Shown here piece by piece: positions 26,138 to 36,217 of a stretch of DNA of 64,000 nucleotides. Within the stretch, counting starts at the first letter, position 1, and every line of letters begins with the position of its first letter. The notes beneath the pieces were generated by a model. The model searched no databases. It saw only the letters and a program-made list of their open reading frames with translations, and was not told the origin of the DNA. Both the position numbers and the translations under genes were made by a program. Source of the stretch: Selaginella moellendorffii (taxonomy: Eukaryota > Plantae > Lycopodiophyta); the NCBI RefSeq assembly GCF_000143415.4, contig NW_003314284.1, positions 1,506,086-1,570,085 of the forward strand, given 5' to 3'.

Positions 26138-26487
26138 AAATATGGCAAAATACTATTTAAATTCTGTCAAAGTGATGTTTATGTCTTCTTTCCCAAGGTT
26201 TAGGCAGCTTTTAGGTTGAGATAATTCGCTTCAATTGGGAATAGGTATCATGCTTCCATTTTGTGGAAGAAAAAAAATCTCACCAAGACTTTTTCTTTTG
26301 TTATCCAATGGGAAAAGAAGAACAAATGCAAACTAAACATCATGATTAGTATAGTGCATTGTATTAATTTTAGCACTAAATTTATCCTTGCTAACTTTTG
26401 CTAGGCAAGTGTTCAATTGTATTAATAAATAATACTAAACATGAATTATTAAGCAGTAAACTAACCTTCCTCAAAAACCATTTTACG

Positions 26488-27443
26488 TTATTGTGAGTCT
26501 TCTCGGTGTTTCTGTGGTAGCCATCGACGCACTTCTACTTCCTCCACTGTTATTCGCTCCAAATACGTTGGAGAAGACAGATCATGGCCCATGTCAACTA
26601 TGATGTACAGCACCAACAGTGTCTGCAAGCTCGATTGACATGTGTGAGAGCGGATTTTGCTTGAATGATCGTCTCACCTTTGCTACACTGCCACACAACC
26701 GGGTCATACCTTGAACATCCGTCCATGAAGCCAGCCTGCTCTGGGGATCATCTGCCGGGATAACAAGAACTGCATAGCTGCAAGACCACCTTTTGTCACA
26801 AACGGGAGAGCAAAAGCTTCCAATAACTGCGTACTCTGAATGCACCAAAGTCGGGTGGTGTCTGTATGCCATGAAATCGGCTCCATACTGTGGACCAGGA
26901 CGAACAACCCATCGCTTGTTCCTTAGGTGAGAGTAAGCCTTGTACATCTTCACAAACTCCCTGTTGAATTCTTGCATCAAGCACCACAATTGCTCGAGTG
27001 TAAGATCCACACGGCCCTGCAAAGCATAGGACACACAAAGGAACAAAGAGATGAGAGCAAGCAAAGAGGAGCTAAACCTGTGAGCTTTGGCGATGGACGC
27101 GAAGGCAATCTAGCTCGTAGCTCAAGTAGAAAACTTCCTCAAGCATCAGCTGAAAGACGTGTGTAGTCGCCAAATCCTCGCCATCTCCACGACGATCCGG
27201 AGCTGGCGATCACAACACTGGCACTAAAGCTCTGGAAATCACACACTCACTCGAGAGCACATCCGATCCAAAGCCTGTAGCGCAGAGAAGGCGAGCTTGC
27301 TGACAATTCGCCACAAGCGTCCCCCCGGAGGCGCTCAATGCGCACTCTAGACGCGCCGGCCATCGCCTGATCTCGTCATACAATCCAGACAGCGGCGCCG
27401 CCTCGGCCACCGCTTTCGCCCCTCTCCCCTTCCATCGGCTCAT
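26488..27443 (-). CDS. SEN2: tRNA-splicing endonuclease catalytic subunit Sen2-like
   Basis: MSRWKGRG start; YKAYSHLRNKRWVVRPGPQYGADFMAYRHHPTLVHSEYAV; RLCGSVAKTL. The Tyr/His/Lys triad is present. Confidence 0.92.
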
Positions 27444-27483
27444 CGCATAAACCCTAACAAGTAAGCTTCATTTGAATGTAGCT

Positions 27484-29820
27484 ATGGCGGAGGCGTGGCG
27501 GAGTGGAGGCAGCGCCGTGGCGGCGGCGGCGATCGCGAGATCTGGCGCCGCCGCGAGGCAGTCGCTGCTGGCGGCCGATCCGCCGTCGATGAAGAAGCAG
27601 CAGGCGCCGCAGCACAACCCCCAGGGCTACATTGCTCGCGTTCTTCACGCGTTCCAGTCGCTGCCAGGGTTTTTGTCGAGGATCGTGTCCAGGGAGGGCG
27701 AGAGCTCTTCCTCGGAGTCGGAGGGATCGCTAGGTGCGAGGGTTTTGGCACGGCGGGGCTGGATCGCCGTGGCCGTGTCCTTGGCTCTTCTCGGGCTCTT
27801 GTTCTTTTGCTTGCCTCTTGCGTGGGACCATTTGGTAAGATAAACAATATCCATGCTCGCTACGTAGTCTTATAGATTGTTTATTTCTCTTCTGCTTTGG
27901 TTTAGAATCGTCCATATCTCTGTCGGAAGGATGGTGTGATGCTGCATTGTCCACCGGTAAGCTTTCATCTTTGATCTCCATCTTTCCAGCTTAAGAACCA
28001 AAAAATTGGAAATTTTTGTGAAGGTTTCGGACACGCCTTCTTTGTGGCACAATCCAAAATCTGCAACTAAGTCGTGGCGACCTTGCGCCGAGGAGCGAGC
28101 TTCTAACCACATTGGTTCGTTCGCTTCTTTTCTTTGTTAGTTCTTTTGCTTTCCTGTGTCTGATTCAAGCGCTCTTTCTTTTGTATAGTGCCTCTAGCGG
28201 AGGATGAAACAAATGGTTACCTCGGCATCCATGCCGAAGGAGGACTAAATCAACAGCGCATTGCGGTTAGTTGTTTAACAGCAGTTATAGTATGTGTTTC
28301 AAGAGCTCCATAAAATTTGCAGATTTGCAATGCTGTTGCTGTTGCAAGGATCATGAACGTGACGCTCATCATCCCGTTGATGAAGCAGGACCAGATATGG
28401 AAAGACAAAACGTAAGTTGTGCGCTCCTACTATTATCAAAGTCCGTCTGATTGCACACGAATTCCAGGAACTCCTAAGTTAAAGCTTCTGCATGCAGGCG
28501 GTTTGAGGACGTCTTTGACGTGGATCATTTTATAGAGTCCCTCAAAGATGATGTGCGGATTGTGAAAGACATACCGTCGTGGTTGCCGGATAAAGGCGAT
28601 TTGTATACTAGCCTCAAGTAAGCCCGGTTTCACCTTTCTTGTTTTTATAGCGAATTTGCGAATTTGACTTTCAGGAGGACTGTTAAGAACATCCCCAAAT
28701 ATGCATCGGCACAGTGGTATTTGGACAACGTTTTGCCTCGTATCAAAGAGAAAAGAGTGATGGCTCTAAAGCCTTTTGTCGACAGGCTTGGGTAAGCGTC
28801 ATTTGTACTATGTTGTGTATGTTTCTACCATCTGTGTTTCATGCTGTCAGGTATGATAATGTGCCAGCTGAAATCAACAAGCTGAGATGCAGGGTCAACT
28901 ACCACGCTTTGAAGTTTTTGCCTCATATAGAAGAAATGGCGGATGTCCTAGTTTCCAGGATGAGAAACAGAACGGGCTTATTGAAGCCGTATATGTAAGT
29001 CGCGTCATCCCACTACTTGGCTTCCTGTAACGCAGCATTTCAGGGCCTTACACTTGCGATTCGAGAAGGGAATGGTCGGACTTTCATTTTGTGATTTTGT
29101 TGGTAACCGCGAAGAAAAAGCAATGATGGCTGCTTACAGGAAGAAAGAATGGCCTCGCAGGTTCAAGGTAAGCCGTCTTTGCTTTTGTGTTTAGCTCATC
29201 CAATCCTTCCTCGTTTCAGAACGGGTCACATTTGTGGCGTCAAGCTCTACTGAAAAGAAAAGAGGGAAGGTGTCCACTCGAGCCCGCAGAAGTTGGCGTG
29301 GTTCTCATGGCCAAGGGGTATCCAAAGGAGACGCAGATTTACGTCGCGTCGGGCCAAGTTTACGGCGGTGAGAATCGCATGTCCCCGCTACGAAACATGT
29401 TCCCAAACTTGGTAAGTTCTTCCAGAGTTTGTAAATTTAAAATGGTTTTCCTTTTCACAGGTGAGAAAAGACGATCTAGCAACGAAAGAGGAACTCAAGC
29501 CATTCAGACAGCACGTCACCAGCCTCGCTGCTCTCGACTTCCTGGTGTGCGTCAAGTCCGATGTCTTCGTGATGACGCACGGTGGAAACTTTGCCAAGCT
29601 CGTCATTGGTACCAGGAGATACATGGGACACGAGCTCAAGTCCATCAAACCGGACAAGAGCCTCATGGCCAAGGCGCTGGGCGATCCCACGCTGGGATGG
29701 CCGGCCTTCGTGGACCAGGTTGCCTCCACTCACGAGTTCCGGACGGGTTTACCCGAGCCGACGTTTCCAGGATTTGATATCTACGAGAACCCGCTAAGCC
29801 ACTGTATGTGTAGAGCTTGA
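27484..29820 (+). CDS. Plant O-fucosyltransferase family protein (type II membrane)
   Basis: N-terminal TM segment; AEGGLNQQRIAICNAVAVAR; INKLRCRVNYHALKF; ALHLRFEKGMV; GRCPLEP; LAALDFLVCVKSDVFVMTHGGNFAK. Confidence 0.95.
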
Positions 29821-31645
29821 TCAAGGAATATCAATCGCATTGTCTATGATTCCAGTTACTTGCCGAAACTTACACAGGCCTCTTCGATTCTCTCCGAAAC
29901 AATCCCGGACAGACTTGATCATCTGAAGAACTACCTCAACCTTGGAAAGCTTTGCATCCAAGTCCTGCCAAAGCCAAAGTTCATGAAATCAACAAGAAAC
30001 CACTATTCCAACTGAGAAAAATAAACGGCTCACGAGAATGGCAAGTCGGTCGTCGATCCCTCCAGCATTTTCATCACTGTTCACGAAAAGCCTTTGATAA
30101 GCTCGCCTCAGGCTGTTCACCTGAGAACAAAAGAAAGGAATTACAAAACCAATGCAGGAAAGAAGTTTTTAAGAGAGTACCTCGATCTCGGAGAATCCAC
30201 GCCGTCTCAGTCCTTCCAGATTAAGTCCCCGAAGCTCTGCACGATTCCCAGCAACCATCATATACATTGGAACATCTCTGTCCACCTGATGTAGCAAAAA
30301 CATACAGTTTTGGTGAAGATCTTGATAGGTGATTAAAAAAACAATGCGGATCATTTACCATGGAACCGCCTGCCAAGAAGGAGTAAGAGCCGATGTGACA
30401 AAACTGATGCACTGCCGCTCCTCCTCCTGTGTGGATACAATTCTAAACCAAAACTTTTAAGCGTCGCGAAAAACTAGATCGCTACCTCCACCACGACGTG
30501 ACCGCCTAGAAGAGTACCATTTGCCAGAATGTTGCTGTTACCGAGCTTGACGTCGTGTGCAATGTGACAGGCTCCCATTATAAGATTGCTGTCGCCAATT
30601 ATCTGAAAGATAAAAGAACTTCGAATCAAACCTGAGTTCTTGGGACAAGAGAAAATAACTTTTTCGAATCAAACTTGAAGTTTGAGGATACAACGTACCG
30701 TGCTATCGGTGCTTTTGGACGATCTGTGAACGCTGGCGTGCTCCCTTATATCGTTATTATCGCCTATTCGAAGAAAGCACTCGTCTGCATCCTGGAATAA
30801 AAGTCTTAATGGAGAAGAACAAGAGCTTGGATGTTTACTTTGTACTTGAGATCTTGGCACTTCACTCCGACTACCGCATAACAGCCGATGCTGTTATTCT
30901 TCCCGATGACCGTCTCACCAGGAATGTCAGCTCCAACTATTGCTCCCCTGTGATCAATGGAAGACAGAGAAAAAGAGAAATGACGTTTATGAAAAGAGCG
31001 TTTCGTTGCAACGCACGGGAAGAGCGTGGAGTTGTCGCCAATGTGAGTGTTTCCAAAGATGTGGCTGTTTGGGTGGAGTGTGCAGCCACTGCCAAGCTTT
31101 GCACCGGGACCAACGCTGCAAAATGGACCAATACTCACGTACTGCACACGTCCAGAAACTTAAGATAAGTAGAACTGAGAATCACCACAAATTCACATCA
31201 CCAAGAAAGAATTGCACGGGAAACTCACGAAGAACACCACAAACCACTTGGAACTTAGAAACCACGAGAAAGACAGACAAACAGATGGAACTTACCTCAC
31301 CGATGGTAGCTTGAGAGTGAACAATGGCTGTCGGATGGACCCTGGAGCTTCCTGGTGATGGTAGCAGAGAAGGCTCAGAGCTAGAAATCCCAGAATTTTG
31401 CCTGAAAGCGACTCAAATCAGTGGCTCATGGGATTGAGTTACTCACAGATCATCCCTGCTCGTACTATGGATCATCTAAGATAAAAAAAATAATCCAGAA
31501 CTCAAGCAACCAAAAGCGATCACCATACCTCAAATCGACATCGTTTCGCGATGCTATTGAATGCGGTGCTTGCGGCGGGTGGCGCCAAAGGGAATGGCAG
31601 CAGCTGCGCACGGATCCGCCGGGAGGAGCGACGAATCCACAGCAT
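29821..31645 (-). CDS. LpxA: UDP-N-acetylglucosamine O-acyltransferase (lipid A pathway), organelle-targeted
   Basis: Hexapeptide repeats [16 protein letters not shown]; GVKCQDLKY; [18 protein letters not shown]; HIAHDVKLG; VHQFCHIG; [28 protein letters not shown]; C-terminal RRGLCKFR. Arg-rich presequence. Confidence 0.93.
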
Positions 31646-31720
31646 TCCCTCCCAGCCAGTTAAAACAAGTAAAACCCAAGAACCCTAAATTCTAGGGTTT
31701 ATGCTACAGGACGCGACGCG

Positions 31721-31972
31721 ATGGATCCCGCGCAGGTGCGCGCGCTCTACCGGGGTTTCCTGCGCGAGGCGCGCAAGTTCACGGACTACAATGTGCGCGA
31801 GTACATCAAGCGCCGATCCAGGCAAGGATTTCGCCAATCCGGCAATGCGGCAGAGGCATTTGCGACCGGTAAGGAGCAGCTCGAGGTAGTGAAGCGCCAG
31901 ACGGTGGTGTACTCGCTCTATGCTCCTAGCCTCAAGAACGTGATGGAGATCGGCAAGGCCAGGAAAGCTTGA
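31721..31972 (+). CDS. LYRM4: LYR-motif protein 4 / ISD11 (Fe-S cluster assembly)
   Basis: LYRGFLREARKFTDYNVREYIKRR..F..LEVVKRQTVVYSLY. Confidence 0.92.
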   Translation: MDPAQVRALYRGFLREARKFTDYNVREYIKRRSRQGFRQSGNAAEAFATGKEQLEVVKRQTVVYSLYAPSLKNVMEIGKARKA

Positions 31973-32070
31973 AACGAGTGGAAAAGTCTGGTTTTGATCT
32001 TCAGTGTGTTCTTTCCTTGCCTGTAATCAATGCAGTCGCTTCTTTCGCTTGATCTTTTGTTTCCTTTGCG

Positions 32071-32307
32071 CTTGCATGCTTTACAGGATGTTCGATCGAA
32101 AGTCTCTGGATTTTCGTTTATACAATGAGAGAAAAGCTCGCCTTCCAGGCAAGTCACAGCTTTTATCTTTCTTTCTTTCTTTCTTTCTTTCTCTCTTTTT
32201 TCTCGAACAGTGCTTGCATGCTCTACACAGGACGCTCGATCGAAAGTCTCTGGTGTTTCGTTCCTCCAACGAGAGAAAAGCCCGTCTTCCAGGCAAGGCA
32301 CAGTTTT
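32071..32307 (+). repeat. Tandem ~95 bp imperfect duplication separated by a (CTTT)n tract
   Basis: 32071-32164 and 32213-32307 share CTTGCATGCT..CGATCGAAAGTCTCTGG..GAGAGAAAAGC..CTTCCAGGCAAG. Confidence 0.85.
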
Positions 32308-34236
32308 TTCCTTGTGTCTTTTTTCTAGGCCACTGCTCAGCTTGTTTTCACTGCAGGAGCTCCGTGATTCCCTTCAAACGAGCGCCTCTACATTAGCCTG
32401 CGTAAGTGTGCTAGCTTCTATTTTTCTATGGAGAAAGAAGCAAAAGGCCAATCCACTAACCTTGGCGTCTTTGTTCCGTGTCCTTCCGGATTTGATAACT
32501 GGATCGATTGACCACAGACGAGATTCTGGACACGTTGCAAGTATGAAAACAGCGCAGGACTTCCTTCTCTCTTGTTCTAGTCAATCACTTCCTCCACTTC
32601 AGTTTTGCAGTTCTTCCATCGTAGTACTCTCCTGCAATAAGCACACGAACAAAGCATCAACCAGTCCAGAATTTTCTTCGCACCGTGACACCAATCATCA
32701 AACACCTGAGTGATTCCACTCCACTCTCGCCGGGAAAAAAAGAAAAAAAAAGAGAGGAGAGAGATCCGTCCATCATCCATCCATGCCAGACTTAAAACGC
32801 CACAGGTAATATGCGCACTTTCGCCGTTATAATAATTTCTTTCGTCCTGGATTGATTCCCTCGCATATTCAGGCTTGCCAGATCTTTTCCTTTACATAGG
32901 CCAGCTACACGTGCAAGCGATCCGAATATTCAACGGTCAAACGCGGAACAAAATCTCCATCCCACGCACAGAACACGGCAACGGTCAAACTTCTCTTCCA
33001 TTGGTTGGTTTTGTTTTTCCATTTCTTTTTGTTTTTATAGGAAAAATTTTTTTTTTTCTTGGTTGCTTGCCTTTGTTCTTCTGGTTCTGGTCCACCACCA
33101 CCATCATTTCCAGGGACCAAAATGACAGTCACAACAACATGTCCCCCATTTTTTGGCTTTGTTTTTGAGCCAAACCCCTCTCCCTCCTTTTTTTGTGACT
33201 TGTGACCCCAACAACAAGGAGAGGGAGGGGTCCCCTTGTTGGCATTTGTAGTGGCCATACAGCTCAAGAAGCAAGGAAGTAAAAAAGAGAGGAAAGCAAA
33301 ACAATCGTTTTACAGAGTGTAACCTCAAAAATCTACTAGCTCCAATATGTCTTTTGTTTGCCTAGCTATCAATTTTTTCGCTGTGGCTGGACAGCCATCC
33401 CCTTCACACTTGTTACCAAGCAAGAAAGAAGCAAGCAGCAGCATTCCAGAGGGCTTTGACCTTTCACTGAGCTTGGACTGGGACCATCCTCTGGCAAAAT
33501 CACCACAAAAAATACATTGCCAGAGTGAGAAGCACACACACACACACACACACAGAAGTCTTGAGCCCACAAACACACAAATTTGCTGATGCCACTACTC
33601 CCACCCAGAAAAAAAAAGAAGAAAAAAAAAGAACATTACATGTGGCATGACAAAAAGATTAGGTGTGACACACACTTTCTGTTTCCTTCCCACAAATAAT
33701 CTCACACCAAGAAGAATCTCTCTCTGATTATTATTCAGCCATGCATCCATCACCAGGTAGGCCTAAGCTTGTTTTGTCTTCGGATTTCAGCTAATTGCAT
33801 TACAAGCGACAAAGACAATGCTGTATTTGCAGCTTCCAAAAAGATCTCTTGCTACTGTTTCTGCAGCTGCTGCGCTGGTGCTGCTGGCCTGTGTGCTGTG
33901 TGCTCTCTCTGCTGTCAAAAATATATTGACACAATATATACACCATGGTGTTGGAACATGGATAAAGAAGAAAATCTCAAGAACCTCACCCAAGACTAAA
34001 AGCTGGCCAACTAGTACGTAGTGTAGTTTGCGTAAAACCCCCAAAATCACAAAAACAGCACGGAAAAAACAACCCTCCTCCCTCCCTATAATCGCTTAAA
34101 ATGTACGGTGTGGGCACGTAGATAGTAAAAGTACCGGCATTGCATTGCGGTTCTCGGTCGGTCTCTTGAGCACTGGCGGCATACCGCGCGGTGTGCCGCT
34201 GGCCGTTAGCTAGAGCTGGGCGCGTACCGCCATCGC

Positions 34237-35610
34237 TTAGAACGCCACCACGTCCGTCCTGTCCAGCTCCGCCAGGCACGGGTCCTCCGCCCACCACCGC
34301 CGGAGCAGCTTGAGCAGCTCCACGGCCTTCCTCTTTGCCCGATCCGTGCAGTCGCTCTGGATGAGCAGCAGTAGCTGCGTGAGCACCCCGGCCTCGGCCG
34401 CCGCCAGCTGTACCTCCTCGCTCCCGCTGCATACCGCCAGTAGCGTCCCGGCGGCGCACTCGGCCGCCTGGAACGAGCTCCGGCACTGGATGGCCGCCAC
34501 CAGCGCCGGCACCGCCAGCGCGTGCTGCGCCACCACCTCCCGCCCCGCCCGCGTCCGGCACAGCAGCTCCAGCGCACCCAAGGTCCGGTCCGCGTCGCCG
34601 TGCTGTGCCGCCGGGAGGTGCTCCACCAGCGCCGCCGCGGCGCCGGCGGATACCGCCCGCTCGCTGTTGGATGCCGCGCTGCACAGGCACAGCGAGAAGA
34701 GCGCCTTGACGCCCGACTTGGGCGCGCGCGGCGACACAGCCGAGTGGTCGCCCCGGAGGAGATCCACGAGGCCCTCGAGCAGGCCGGGGATCTGGCCCAT
34801 GGCCAGCTTCGCCGCCTCGGGCGCGTCCGACGCGATCTTCTCCACCAGTACCGCCGCGTTGATGCGCGCGTCCATGCTCCGCCCGCGTCGCACGATCCGC
34901 GACACGGCGCCAAGCCGCCGCCGGCACTGCGCGATGGATCGCCGCTCGCTGTCCTTGAGCGGGAGGAGCACCAGCACCGCCAGCGACGACTCCTCCACGT
35001 CCAGGGAATCGCCAAGATGTTGGTCGTGATCTAGCGGCGCGCAGCACGACAAGGAATCGGGATCGAAGGAGCACGAGCACGACGAGGAGAGATTGTCGTC
35101 GTCGTCGTCGTCGCTGGAGGAAGAAGGGATCCTAAACATGGCACGGATAAGAGCCGAAACCGCATTGGCCTCCACCATCAGACCTCGGTTCTTATCGTTC
35201 TCCTTGGCCAGCGCGCGGAGGCTGCGCAGTGCCGGCAGTAAGAGCTGCAGCGCGGTACCGCCAGCGGTACCGCGCGTCACGTCCCGGACGAGCGCCGCGA
35301 CGCGCTGGGGGTCCGCGGGCTGCTTGGGCGTGGGGATGCGCTCGATGCCGCGCGAGCGATTGGCGACGCACCACTCCTGGATGAGGCGGCGCAGCGTGTG
35401 GTTTGGGATGAGCGTGAGATCGGTGAGGCGCTGCATCGTGGCCGGGCACGTCGCGTTGCCGTCGCTCACCCATTTCTCGATGCTGGAGCGGTCATACGTC
35501 TGGCCCGTGGCCACCGTCACCGGGTCGCGCATCAGCTCCAGCGATATCGGGCACCGGAAGTAGTGGGGCACTTGCAGATTTTGGACCTGCATCTTCTTGA
35601 GCCCCGGCAT
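34237..35610 (-). CDS. PUB: U-box/ARM E3 ubiquitin ligase (PUB25/26, CMPG-like class), intronless
   Basis: VPHYFRCPISLELMRDPVTVATGQTYDRSSIEKW..TCPATMQ..LIPNHTLRRLIQEWC; ARM repeats; C-terminal LLLLIQSDCTDRAKRKA. Confidence 0.95.
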   Translation of the reverse strand: MPGLKKMQVQNLQVPHYFRCPISLELMRDPVTVATGQTYDRSSIEKWVSDGNATCPATMQRLTDLTLIPNHTLRRLIQEWCVANRSRGIERIPTPKQPADPQRVAALVRDVTRGTAGGTALQLLLPALRSLRALAKENDKNRGLMVEANAVSALIRAMFRIPSSSSDDDDDDNLSSSCSCSFDPDSLSCCAPLDHDQHLGDSLDVEESSLAVLVLLPLKDSERRSIAQCRRRLGAVSRIVRRGRSMDARINAAVLVEKIASDAPEAAKLAMGQIPGLLEGLVDLLRGDHSAVSPRAPKSGVKALFSLCLCSAASNSERAVSAGAAAALVEHLPAAQHGDADRTLGALELLCRTRAGREVVAQHALAVPALVAAIQCRSSFQAAECAAGTLLAVCSGSEEVQLAAAEAGVLTQLLLLIQSDCTDRAKRKAVELLKLLRRWWAEDPCLAELDRTDVVAF

Positions 35611-36180
35611 CTTGCTCGCCAGCTTGATCGCTCGCTGGATCGATCTATCTCTCTCTCTCAATCTCTCTCGCTCGATTCCCTCCCCTCTCCCTCTCAATTC
35701 GACGCGATCAATCACAAGAGGCTCGTCTTTCTCCTGGCTGATCAATCACGCCCAAGAAGAGCCCATCTTGCTCGCGACAATCGATCGATCCCCGATCTCG
35801 ATTGATCAATCAGACCCAGAAGCCAAGATCCCCTACACTCTTGCCTTCCCCGCCCCAGCCCCGCCAAGAACCCTAAAATCGCCATCTCCAGAGCTTCATC
35901 GCGGCCGGCATTCTTCTCCTTCCTCCTTCCTTCTCTGCTTTAAACCCTTGCTAATTTCTTTTATCGTTTTTCTTCTTCTTCTCGATACACACATGGCCCT
36001 GTTTGTTATAAGTAGCCCTAGCTGCCCGGGAGCGCTGCCCGGCCTGCCCGCGCGGGTCCCCATTGGTCTCGCCGCTGCCACCGACCGACCGTGATGTTTT
36101 CCTCACTTTGACGGGAAACTTACACTACTTTTTTAACACGGGTGTACCACCTTTTTTACCTTTGCCCTAGACGTGTTGGT

Positions 36181-36217
36181 TTGACCTTGACTGACGGCTC
36201 CGTCACCGTCAGTCAAG
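36181..36217. promoter_or_regulatory. W-box/TGACG cluster forming a 12 bp inverted repeat upstream of the PUB gene
   Basis: TTGACC 36181, TTGACT 36187, AGTCAA 36211. Arms CTTGACTGACGG (36186-36197) and CCGTCAGTCAAG (36206-36217). Confidence 0.55.

Noticed and set aside
5168-31645. Amidase, MASE1 kinase and LpxA as a horizontally transferred bacterial envelope gene cluster or contamination
   Set aside because: All three are intron-rich, are separated by ordinary eukaryotic genes and show no operon structure. Co-location in a gene-dense window is adequately explained by chance.
33986-35563. Long overlapping alternative-frame and antisense ORFs over the PUB gene (similar ones over the GMC oxidoreductase, ECA and NFXL1)
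   Set aside because: Expected shadow ORFs of GC-rich coding DNA: low complexity and no recognisable motifs.
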